A DNA stretch of 19,754 bases, from assembly GCA_044359815.1 (NCBI GenBank), contig JBIKLL010000050.1:1-19754 (forward strand), written 5' to 3'. This DNA is from Pseudobdellovibrionaceae bacterium. GTDB lineage: Bacteria; Bdellovibrionota; Bdellovibrionia; Bdellovibrionales; Bdellovibrionaceae. The notes below the pieces were generated by a model that saw only the letters and a list, made by a program, of their open reading frames with translations, was not told where the DNA came from and did not search any database. The translations under genes and the position numbers were made by a program. Positions 7,359 to 14,780 of the stretch are shown piece by piece (position 1 is the first letter of the stretch; the number at the start of each line of letters is the position of its first letter).

Positions 7359-8284
7359 TGCTACCTTTAGAAATCAAAAATCTCAAAAAAACCTATTTCA
7401 ATAAAAAATCAAAACAAAATGTTCCTGCGGTGAAAGGCGTGTCCTTTGATGTAAAGCCTGGGGAAATTTTTGGACTGTTGGGACCCAACGGGGCTGGCAA
7501 GACCACGATTATTTCCTCAATATCCACTCTTGAAGCAGTGACAGACGGCCAGGTTTTGGTTTTTGGCAAAAGTGTTTCTACTGATTCAAGATTTACAAAA
7601 TCTCAAACAGGAGTCGTGCCTCAGGAATTAATTAATCAGGGATTTTTTAACCTGCTAGAAATTTTAAAATTTCATTCTGGGTATTTTGGAATTCGCAACA
7701 ACACTGAGCATATCGAATTTTTGTTAAAGCGACTGGGTCTGTGGGAGCACCGTAAAAAAATGGTCAAAGAATTATCCGGCGGCATGAAAAGACGTATGAT
7801 GATTGCCAAAGCCCTGGTTCATAAACCTAAATTGCTTTTGTTGGACGAGCCCACGGCAGGGGTGGATATCGAGCTTCGCAGCAGTTTGTGGGATTTTGTT
7901 AGCGAACTTAAATCCCAAGGTGTTTCTGTTTTGTTGACGACACATTATCTGGAAGAAGCCGAAAAAATGTGTGATCGCATTGGCATCATCAATTTAGGAA
8001 AGCTTGAATACCTGGGTAAAACCAAAGAAATTATTAAACAGCTAACCCAAACAGTGGTCGAGATTGAGTTTAATCAAGCCACTACACTGAAAAGTCCTTT
8101 TTTAATTAAACAATCTGGAAATCAGTTTAGATTTCAGATTCCATCGTCAAAACAGGTTGGGGAATTTTTAACCGAAACAAAAATTGACCTGACAACGATC
8201 AAGGATATCAGAACCTTGGATGGCAATCTGGAAGATGCTTTCAAAGCCGTGCTTAAGAATAACGAACAGCAGGTGAGCCTATGA
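7358..8284 (+). CDS. ABC-2 type exporter ATP-binding subunit (YadG/DrrA-like)
   Basis: Walker A GPNGAGKTT, signature LSGGMKRR, Walker B LLLLDEPTAGVD, and TTHYLEEAE. TAATG overlap with prfC. Confidence 0.9.
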   Translation: MLPLEIKNLKKTYFNKKSKQNVPAVKGVSFDVKPGEIFGLLGPNGAGKTTIISSISTLEAVTDGQVLVFGKSVSTDSRFTKSQTGVVPQELINQGFFNLLEILKFHSGYFGIRNNTEHIEFLLKRLGLWEHRKKMVKELSGGMKRRMMIAKALVHKPKLLLLDEPTAGVDIELRSSLWDFVSELKSQGVSVLLTTHYLEEAEKMCDRIGIINLGKLEYLGKTKEIIKQLTQTVVEIEFNQATTLKSPFLIKQSGNQFRFQIPSSKQVGEFLTETKIDLTTIKDIRTLDGNLEDAFKAVLKNNEQQVSL

Positions 8285-9054
8285 TTCCGTTTTTAACATT
8301 TTTAAATCGTGAAATTGCTCGGTTTATGAAGGTCTTGGTGCAAACAGTGCTGACTCCGTTGGTCAGTGCTTCGCTGTATCTGTTGGTTTTTGGAGTCAGT
8401 CTAGGTAGCTCGGTGCAAATGCACGAGGGTGTTCATTATTTGGCGTTTTTGTTACCTGGCCTAGTGATGATGGGTGTTTTAAATAATGCCTATCAAAATT
8501 CAGGTTCATCCATAGTGATTTTAAAATTCACTGGTGAAATGGAAGAAATCAAAACCACTCCGTTGAGCAATGCCGAAATTGTGTGGGCGATGAGTTTTGG
8601 AGCTGTCGTTCGCGGCGCAGTTGTGGGATTGGTAACCTTGATCGTGGGCGAAGCTTTTTATTTTTCAATGTTTCAAGAGCTGTTGCCGATACAAAACCCA
8701 TTTGTATTTTTGTTTTTTATGGTGATGGCGGGTTTAGTGTTCGGCAATATGGGTATTGCCAGCGCTATGTGGGCCAAAAATTTTGACCAGATGAGCGCTA
8801 TTTCGACTTTTATTCTGCTGCCACTGACTTATTTGGGCGGTGTGTTTATATCCACTGAAAAGCTAGGTCCTACCTGGAGGTTTATTTGCGAACTGAATCC
8901 CTTGTTCTATTTTATTAATGGGATGAGGCATGGGATTTTAGGATCCAGTGACGTTAATCTGACCACCGCAGTAATGGTTTCTATTGTGTCCCTGATTGTG
9001 TTACATGCTATTGCTTTAGTGGCCTTTAAAAAAGGCAGTTATCATCGGTGGTAA
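8281..9054 (+). CDS. ABC-2 type exporter permease (YadH-like)
   Basis: REI.RF.K...QT..P, YLAFLLPGLVMM, PLTYLGGVF, LNP.FY.ING.R.G; about 6 TM segments. ATGA overlap with the ATPase gene. Confidence 0.88.
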   Translation: MIPFLTFLNREIARFMKVLVQTVLTPLVSASLYLLVFGVSLGSSVQMHEGVHYLAFLLPGLVMMGVLNNAYQNSGSSIVILKFTGEMEEIKTTPLSNAEIVWAMSFGAVVRGAVVGLVTLIVGEAFYFSMFQELLPIQNPFVFLFFMVMAGLVFGNMGIASAMWAKNFDQMSAISTFILLPLTYLGGVFISTEKLGPTWRFICELNPLFYFINGMRHGILGSSDVNLTTAVMVSIVSLIVLHAIALVAFKKGSYHRW

Positions 9055-9057
9055 AAA

Positions 9058-10383
9058 ATGTTTGAAGGATTGTCAGACAAACTGACGGGCAGTCTTAAAA
9101 AAATCAGGGGTCTTAGCAGTATTAGCGAAAGCAATATTGAAGACGCGGTCAAAGAAATCAGGATGAGCCTGCTTGAGGCCGATGTTAATTTTAAGGTCGT
9201 CAAAAAATTTATTGATCAGGTTAAACTGAAGTCTCTTGGGGCTGAAGTTTTAAATGGAGTTTCCCCGGGACAGCAGTTCGTAAAGATTGTTCATGATGAG
9301 CTGAAAAGCACCTTGGGTAACGAAGCCGTTGATTTAAATGTTCGCGAAAACCCCAGTGTGATTTTTTTGGTGGGACTGCAAGGGGTTGGTAAAACCACTA
9401 CGGCAGCTAAATTAGCCCTGCACATCCGCAAAAAAATTGGCAAAAAACCAGGCTTAGTGCCCGCCGATATCTACAGACCCGCAGCCATTGAACAATTACA
9501 AACACTGGCAAAACAAAACGACATTCCTGTTTTTAACAGCGATGCCACCATGAAGCCCAAAGACATTTTTAAGGCCAGCCTTGAATGGGCAAAAACAAAT
9601 CTGGTTGAAGTTTTGATTTTAGACACCGCCGGCAGAACCCAGATCGATGATCAGATGATGAACGAATTATCTGAACTGAAGGCCTTTCATCCACCACAGG
9701 AAACCCTGCTGGTGGCTGATGCCATGCTGGGACAGCAGTCAGTCACTGTGGCAGAAGGCTTTCATCAAAGGCTTACATTAACAGGCTTGGTATTAACCAA
9801 GGTTGATGGTGACGCCCGTGGTGGAGCCGCACTGAGCATCCGTGAAGTTTTAGGTATTCCGATTAAATTTTTAGGTGTGGGTGAAAAAGTCGCAGCCCTT
9901 GAGGTCTTTCACCCTGACAGATTGGCCTCCAAAATTTTAGGCATGGGTGATGTGCTAACCCTGGTTGAAAAAGCCTCTGAAGTAATGGATGAAAAGCAAG
10001 CCCGCGAATCCATGAATAAGGTTATGAAAAATAAATTCACCTTGGATGATTTTTTGGGACAGATACAGATGCTCAAAAAAATGGGTGGTTTTGAAAGCAT
10101 GCTTAAATTTATCCCCGGTATGGGCGATATTTCCAAGCAGATGAAAAACATGGCCCCACCTGATGACGAAATTAAAAAAATTGAGGCCATTATCAGGTCC
10201 ATGACCTTAAAAGAGCGTAATGATTTAAGAATATTAAACGCTTCACGTCGTGAACGGATTGCCAAAGGTAGTGGCACCAAGGTTCAAGATATCAACAAAT
10301 TGGTAAAACAATTTGAGCAATCCCAGAAAATGATGTCGAGTTTTATGAAAATGGGCAAAAGGGGTGGGAGAATGCCTTTTTAG
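9058..10383 (+). CDS. ffh: Signal recognition particle protein Ffh
   Basis: LLEADVN, GLQGVGKTTT, DIYRPAA, DTAGR, TKVDGDARGGAALS, and a Met-rich M domain with SRRERIAKGSG. Confidence 0.97.
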   Translation: MFEGLSDKLTGSLKKIRGLSSISESNIEDAVKEIRMSLLEADVNFKVVKKFIDQVKLKSLGAEVLNGVSPGQQFVKIVHDELKSTLGNEAVDLNVRENPSVIFLVGLQGVGKTTTAAKLALHIRKKIGKKPGLVPADIYRPAAIEQLQTLAKQNDIPVFNSDATMKPKDIFKASLEWAKTNLVEVLILDTAGRTQIDDQMMNELSELKAFHPPQETLLVADAMLGQQSVTVAEGFHQRLTLTGLVLTKVDGDARGGAALSIREVLGIPIKFLGVGEKVAALEVFHPDRLASKILGMGDVLTLVEKASEVMDEKQARESMNKVMKNKFTLDDFLGQIQMLKKMGGFESMLKFIPGMGDISKQMKNMAPPDDEIKKIEAIIRSMTLKERNDLRILNASRRERIAKGSGTKVQDINKLVKQFEQSQKMMSSFMKMGKRGGRMPF

Positions 10384-10386
10384 CGC

Positions 10387-10416
10387 TTGCGTTTTATTAT
10401 GGTTGTAGGTAAGAAT
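10387..10416 (+). promoter_or_regulatory. Putative sigma-70 promoter of the rpsP-trmD operon
   Basis: TTGCGT-18 nt-AAGAAT in the ffh-rpsP gap. SD AGAGGT at 10429-10434. Confidence 0.35.
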
Positions 10417-10441
10417 TTGCAAAAAAGTAGAGGTTATAGCG

Positions 10442-10690
10442 ATGGTAGTAATTAGACTGGCAAGATTTGGTACAAAGCACGCCCCAAAATATCGTATTAC
10501 GGTGGCAGATTCTCGCAGATACGTAACAAGCAAATACATTGAAATTATCGGGACTTACAATCCAACACCTTCGAAAGAAGAAAAAAAGGTTATTTTGGAT
10601 CTTGCTAAAACTCAAGAGTGGATCAAAAAAGGTGCGCAACCAACAGGTCGTGTACGCCACATTATGAAGCTTGCTGAAGCGGGGAAATAG
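10442..10690 (+). CDS. rpsP: 30S ribosomal protein S16
   Basis: MVVIRLARFG.K..P.YRI.VADSR...IE.IGTYNP...W..KGAQPT. Confidence 0.97.
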   Translation: MVVIRLARFGTKHAPKYRITVADSRRYVTSKYIEIIGTYNPTPSKEEKKVILDLAKTQEWIKKGAQPTGRVRHIMKLAEAGK

Positions 10691-10694
10691 TTAA

Positions 10695-10940
10695 ATGGAT
10701 CATTCAAACCTTAAAGATCTAGTTGAATTTATGGCTAAAGCTCTCGTTGATGAACCTGAACAGGTTGAAGTCAATGAAGTCGTTGGAGAGCAAACAACAG
10801 TTGTTGAACTTAAGGTTGCTAAGAGTGATTTAGGTAAAGTGATTGGTAAGCAGGGGCGCACGGCTCGATCAATGCGAACCATTTTAAACGCCGCTTCTAC
10901 AAAATTAAACAAAAGAAGCGTTTTAGAAATCGTTGAGTAA
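10695..10940 (+). CDS. khpA: Single KH-domain RNA-binding protein (KhpA/UPF0109)
   Basis: LVD.PE.V...[27 protein letters not shown] (GxxG loop). Canonical position between rpsP and rimM. Confidence 0.92.
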   Translation: MDHSNLKDLVEFMAKALVDEPEQVEVNEVVGEQTTVVELKVAKSDLGKVIGKQGRTARSMRTILNAASTKLNKRSVLEIVE

Positions 10941-11451
10941 TCAACCAAAAATCATAGGTAAAATCAAAGACGCCCATGGCATCAGGGGTGAGCTTTTTGT
11001 TTTGATATTTTCAAAAGACTTTTTTTGGATTGATGATGTTGAGCATTTTTATTTAGGTGAGGAATTCACCAAATACGAAATTTTAAATATTAAACCCCAC
11101 AAAGATGGTTTGATCGTTAAAGTTCAAGGCATCACAGATCGCAATCAAGCAGAAGCCATCAAGGGAAAGAGCTTTGCATTGGACCCAGAGTTTTTTGAAA
11201 CAGAGTCCGGTGATACCATTGTGCTGTCAGAGATTTTAGATTTCTTAGTGTTTGAAAATTCCAACAATCAGGAACTGGGCAAAATCGTTGGATTTTCTAC
11301 AAATAATGCTCAGGATCTTTTACAGGTTTCTGACGGTAAAATCAGTTTTTACGTCCCCTTTGTCGAAGCTTTCGTTAAAAAAATTGATTATAAGTCCAGA
11401 CAAATTTATCTAGATCTTCCTGACGGCTTAATTGAGGTTCAACAAAAATGA
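10933..11451 (+). CDS. rimM: 16S rRNA processing protein RimM
   Basis: IGKI..AHGIRGE, DRNQAEA.KG, and a PRC-barrel C-terminus (LGKI...AQDLL...VPFV..FV..ID). TTG start overlaps khpA. Confidence 0.93.
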   Translation: MSNQPKIIGKIKDAHGIRGELFVLIFSKDFFWIDDVEHFYLGEEFTKYEILNIKPHKDGLIVKVQGITDRNQAEAIKGKSFALDPEFFETESGDTIVLSEILDFLVFENSNNQELGKIVGFSTNNAQDLLQVSDGKISFYVPFVEAFVKKIDYKSRQIYLDLPDGLIEVQQK

Positions 11452-12212
11452 AATTCACCATCATCAGCATATTTCCAGATCTAATAGAAAACTTTTTTTC
11501 TAAGGGTGTGATCAATCAGGCTACCAAAAAAGGTTATTTAAAATTTGATTATGTAAATCCCAGGGATTTTGCAACAGACAGCTATAAAACCGTTGATGAT
11601 AGGCCTTTTGGTGGTGGTGATGGAATGATCATGAAGGCCGAGCCCCTGGCCGAAGCTTCGCAAAAGGTTTTGGCAAGCAATGAGCAAAAGCCATTTTTTG
11701 TTTATTTAAGTCCTCAGGGTCAAAAGTTATCAGACAATTTGACGATGGAGCTTTCTAAGCACCAACACTTGGTTTTTGTTTGTGGCAGGTATGGCGGCGT
11801 TGATCAGCGCTATATTAATGAATACATCGATATGGAATTATCAATTGGTGATTACGTTATTTCTGGTGGTGAGGCTGCGGCTATTGTGGCTATTGATGCC
11901 GTTGCCAGAAAGGTTGAAGGTGTCCTGGGTCACAAGGAATCGGCCAGTTTGGACAGTTTTTCCGACTCATTGCTGGAAGAGCCTCAATACACCAGACCCA
12001 AAGAAAGTTTAAATATGGAAGTTCCCGATATTTTAACTTCGGGAAATCATAAGAACATCCAAGCCTACAAAAAACTGATGGCAAAATTAGTGACCTTTAA
12101 AAAACGCCCAGACCTGATTGATGAAAACGAAATTCCGTTTTTGCACGAAAGATATCTGAGCCTTAGTGAAAAAGAACGTAAGTCCCTAGGCCTAGAAGAT
12201 TTGTTTCAATGA
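11448..12212 (+). CDS. trmD: tRNA (guanine-37-N1)-methyltransferase TrmD
   Basis: VDDRPFGGGDGM, YLSPQG, CGRYGGVDQR, SIGDYVISGGE, DSF...LLEEPQYTRP, SGNH. Confidence 0.96.
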   Translation: MKFTIISIFPDLIENFFSKGVINQATKKGYLKFDYVNPRDFATDSYKTVDDRPFGGGDGMIMKAEPLAEASQKVLASNEQKPFFVYLSPQGQKLSDNLTMELSKHQHLVFVCGRYGGVDQRYINEYIDMELSIGDYVISGGEAAAIVAIDAVARKVEGVLGHKESASLDSFSDSLLEEPQYTRPKESLNMEVPDILTSGNHKNIQAYKKLMAKLVTFKKRPDLIDENEIPFLHERYLSLSEKERKSLGLEDLFQ

Positions 12213-12790
12213 CGGGTTCAGCAAAAGTCCCCAGATTAGCAATAGCCCTAGTTCATCATCCTATTTTGGACCGCGAAAAAAAGATCGTTGCCACGAATAT
12301 TACAAATTTTGACATTCATGACATTGCCAGGGCAGCCACTGTTTACGGGGTTGAAAAGTACTACATCATCCATCCCATGCGTGAACAATTGATGTTTGTT
12401 GACAGGATTTTAGATCATTGGCGAGTGGGTCAGGGGGCTAAATTTAACCCATTTCGCAGGACAGCTTTAGAAAATGTCGTGCCCTTTGAATCCTTGGATT
12501 TGGTCAAAAAAGACTGGGGCGATAGGGTTGGCGAGTTTAAAACTGTTGTCACCCACGCAAGGCCCGTTGAAGGCTTGGAGAGTTGGACAATCAGTGATTT
12601 TAGGGATCATCTGAAATCTATGCCAGGATTACTGATTTTTGGGACTGGTTTTGGACTGACTGAGGAATTTATGAAGGGTCAGGATGCTCTTTTGGAGAGC
12701 ATAAGGGGAGCTCCGCCTAGGGACTACCGGCATCTTTCGGTCAGATCTGCAGTAAGTATCTATCTTGACCGTATTTTGGGCCCATGGTAG
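12209..12790 (+). CDS. SPOUT-class SAM-dependent RNA methyltransferase, Tm1570-like family
   Basis: IALVHHP...TNFDIHDIAR...YG..KYYIIHP..Q...HW..G.G...NP.R, FGTGFGL, Y.HLSVRSA..IYLDR. Typical position after trmD. Confidence 0.88.
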   Translation: MTGSAKVPRLAIALVHHPILDREKKIVATNITNFDIHDIARAATVYGVEKYYIIHPMREQLMFVDRILDHWRVGQGAKFNPFRRTALENVVPFESLDLVKKDWGDRVGEFKTVVTHARPVEGLESWTISDFRDHLKSMPGLLIFGTGFGLTEEFMKGQDALLESIRGAPPRDYRHLSVRSAVSIYLDRILGPW

Positions 12791-12793
12791 TTA
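12765..12793 (+). promoter_or_regulatory. Putative internal promoter for rplS within the 3' end of the SPOUT gene
   Basis: TTGACC-17 nt-TAGTTA with TG at the extended -10 position. SD GGAG at 12815-12818. Confidence 0.35.
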
Positions 12794-12824
12794 AGTTTCT
12801 TTAATTTTTAAATTGGAGCAGTAA

Positions 12825-13328
12825 ATGGCTAAAAAGGGCGCAAAATCGACGTTAAAAAAAGCAAAAGTGGTCAAAAAACAAAGCACAGAAACTAATTTAG
12901 TTCGACGTGTGACCATGAAGGCCCAAAACCCAAAAATTTCTCCATTCAGACCTGGGGATTCAGTTAAAGTTTTCGTTAAAGTAAAAGAAGGCGAAAAAGA
13001 ACGTGTTCAGGTTTACCGCGGAATTTGCACAAAAATTCAAGGCTCTGGAAATTTGAAAAGCTTCACCGTCAGAAAAATTTCTGCAGGTGTTGGTGTTGAA
13101 AGAACTTTTCCATTTAACAGCCCAGCTGTTGAATCAGTAGAACTTGTGACTCACGGTCAAGTACGCAGAGCAAAACTGTATTATTTAAGAGAACTTGAAG
13201 GAAAAGCTGCTAAGATTGATTCTGAATTGGCAACTGAAGGAGACAACACAGTTGATACAGAAGACGCAGCACCTACAGCTAAAGCAAACAAAAAAGAAGA
13301 AGCAACTTCCGAACCTGCAAAAGGTTAA
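12825..13328 (+). CDS. rplS: 50S ribosomal protein L19 with N- and C-terminal extensions
   Basis: [21 protein letters not shown]...G...[20 protein letters not shown]...[11 protein letters not shown]. Confidence 0.97.
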   Translation: MAKKGAKSTLKKAKVVKKQSTETNLVRRVTMKAQNPKISPFRPGDSVKVFVKVKEGEKERVQVYRGICTKIQGSGNLKSFTVRKISAGVGVERTFPFNSPAVESVELVTHGQVRRAKLYYLRELEGKAAKIDSELATEGDNTVDTEDAAPTAKANKKEEATSEPAKG

Positions 13329-13938
13329 TTGGAGAGATTTCGGTCCAGGCCCAGTGCTTGGACTGGATGAAGTAGGAAGGGGCTGCTTGGCCGGCCCAGT
13401 GACAGCAGCAGCTGTCATTTTTTTATCAGACGCGCACACTGAAAAATTTAAAGATTCAAAAATGCTGTCGGAAAAAGAGCGGCAAGAATTGTACACGCTG
13501 ATTGCAAAAAACCATCAGTTTGCTTTGGGTTGGGCCAGCACCCAAGAAATCGAAAAGCTAAATATCTTGCATGCCAGTCTGCTGGCTATGAAGAGGGCTT
13601 ATTTAAAGCTTCAAGAAAAATATAAAGTCCAAGCTGGGGTTTTGTTAATCGACGGTAATTTTAAAATCCCCGATGTAAAGATCAAACAAGAAACTTTGAT
13701 CAAAGGTGATTTGAGATGTTCTTTGATTGGAGCGGCATCCATCGTGGCGAAAGTGGCACGGGATGAGCATATTAAAAAGCTTCATGAAAAATACCCCCAA
13801 TACCAACTGGACAGCAACAAAGGATATCCGAGCCCCACGCACAAGGCCGCCATCCGGTCATTCGGGCCGGCCGAGATCCACCGAAAAACCTTTGCTGGGG
13901 TTAAAGAGTATTTCCAAACGTCTGCGCAAAAAGCCTGA
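13252..13938 (+). CDS. rnhB: Ribonuclease HII
   Basis: [30 protein letters not shown]...[20 protein letters not shown]. Start is uncertain: TTG 13252 with AAGGAG 9 nt upstream, or GTG 13354. Confidence 0.93.
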   Translation: MIQKTQHLQLKQTKKKKQLPNLQKVNWRDFGPGPVLGLDEVGRGCLAGPVTAAAVIFLSDAHTEKFKDSKMLSEKERQELYTLIAKNHQFALGWASTQEIEKLNILHASLLAMKRAYLKLQEKYKVQAGVLLIDGNFKIPDVKIKQETLIKGDLRCSLIGAASIVAKVARDEHIKKLHEKYPQYQLDSNKGYPSPTHKAAIRSFGPAEIHRKTFAGVKEYFQTSAQKA

Positions 13939-14290
13939 CAAGAATTCAGAAAACATCAAAAAAAATGCGATCAGATCCGCCAGCGGAACCAAGGCTGAAG
14001 ATTTGGTTGTAAAGCATTTTAAAAACTCAGGGGCTGATTTAGTCGGACAAAGATTCAAAACTCCTTTTGCGGAAGTGGATTTGTTGTTTGAAAAATCAGG
14101 GGTCTTTTATATGGTCGAGGTTAAAAAAGCAGATTTGAATTTGTTTTCAAGGCCCCTGATCGGGAACAAACAAATTGTCAGACTCAGGAGGGCCTTTGTG
14201 TTTTTACAATCAAAATTTCCAGAAATTAAGGCTTTGCTTGCCATCGTGAGTCAGCATGGGCGGATTCAGTACATCGATGATTTTCTTTAA
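13892..14290 (+). CDS. YraN/UPF0102-family PD-(D/E)XK nuclease-like protein
   Basis: G.KAE......F...G..L...F.TPFAEVDLL......MVEVK. Canonical position after rnhB. Start is uncertain (TTG 13892 chosen; the ORF track begins at 13727). Confidence 0.8.
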   Translation: MLGLKSISKRLRKKPDKNSENIKKNAIRSASGTKAEDLVVKHFKNSGADLVGQRFKTPFAEVDLLFEKSGVFYMVEVKKADLNLFSRPLIGNKQIVRLRRAFVFLQSKFPEIKALLAIVSQHGRIQYIDDFL

Positions 14291-14326
14291 TTGACCTTTA
14301 AATTAAAGCTCTTGGAAAATAGAACT

Positions 14327-14677
14327 GTGAGAAAATTCTTAGCAGCTATTTTGGTATTAATTTTTTTAAGTCCTCCAGGGGCTAAGGCCGACGATTTACG
14401 AGAGTTCTTGTTGAGCTGTGGCTATGGGACCTTGATTGGTGCAACTATTGGATTTGGAACTGTAGCCTTTTCGGATAATCCCGAGGGAAAAACCGCCAAC
14501 ATCGCAAAGGGTGCATCGCTGGGGTTGTATTTTGGAATCGGCATGGGGCTTTATTCGATAAATAAATCTAGAACCTACCAGTCGCACTCAAACCCATCTG
14601 TTTTTTTAATGCCCGTATTTGATCATCTGAAACAACTGGACGGCGCCAGCCTAAACACCATCGTCGTTAATTTTTAG
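14327..14677 (+). CDS. Small exported/membrane hypothetical protein with glycine-zipper helices
   Basis: GTG 14327 gives the signal peptide MRKFLAAILVLIFLSPPGAKA. Two Gly-rich segments: GYGTLIGATIGFG and GASLGLYFGIGMG. Confidence 0.65.
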   Translation: MRKFLAAILVLIFLSPPGAKADDLREFLLSCGYGTLIGATIGFGTVAFSDNPEGKTANIAKGASLGLYFGIGMGLYSINKSRTYQSHSNPSVFLMPVFDHLKQLDGASLNTIVVNF

Positions 14678-14780
14678 TCGTTTATATTTGGCTCCGCGAA
14701 GAACCCTTTTAAATAAAGTCATATACTTGAATTTTTTAAATACAAATTCTGCAGCAGGACGCTGGGACAGATAGATTTCG

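Noticed and set aside
10384..10441. Possible SRP RNA (ffs) next to ffh
   Set aside because: The gap is only 58 nt, AT-rich, and lacks the SRP helix-8 GGAA tetraloop stem.
9909..10948. Antisense ORFs over ffh, rpsP and khpA
   Set aside because: Reverse-complement shadows of conserved genes.
13195..13251. ORF-track start of rnhB at 13195
   Set aside because: It lies in the conserved L19 core with no SD; TTG 13252 or GTG 13354 is more plausible.
13727..13891. Long N-terminal extension of the YraN-like ORF
   Set aside because: It is an alternate-frame read of the conserved rnhB core and does not resemble YraN.
14291..14326. TTG start at 14291 for the small membrane protein
   Set aside because: GTG 14327 gives a clean signal peptide, and TTGACC at 14291 fits a -35 element better.
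14678..14780. Expected bidirectional terminator between convergent genes
   Set aside because: No convincing GC stem with a U-tract was found by eye.
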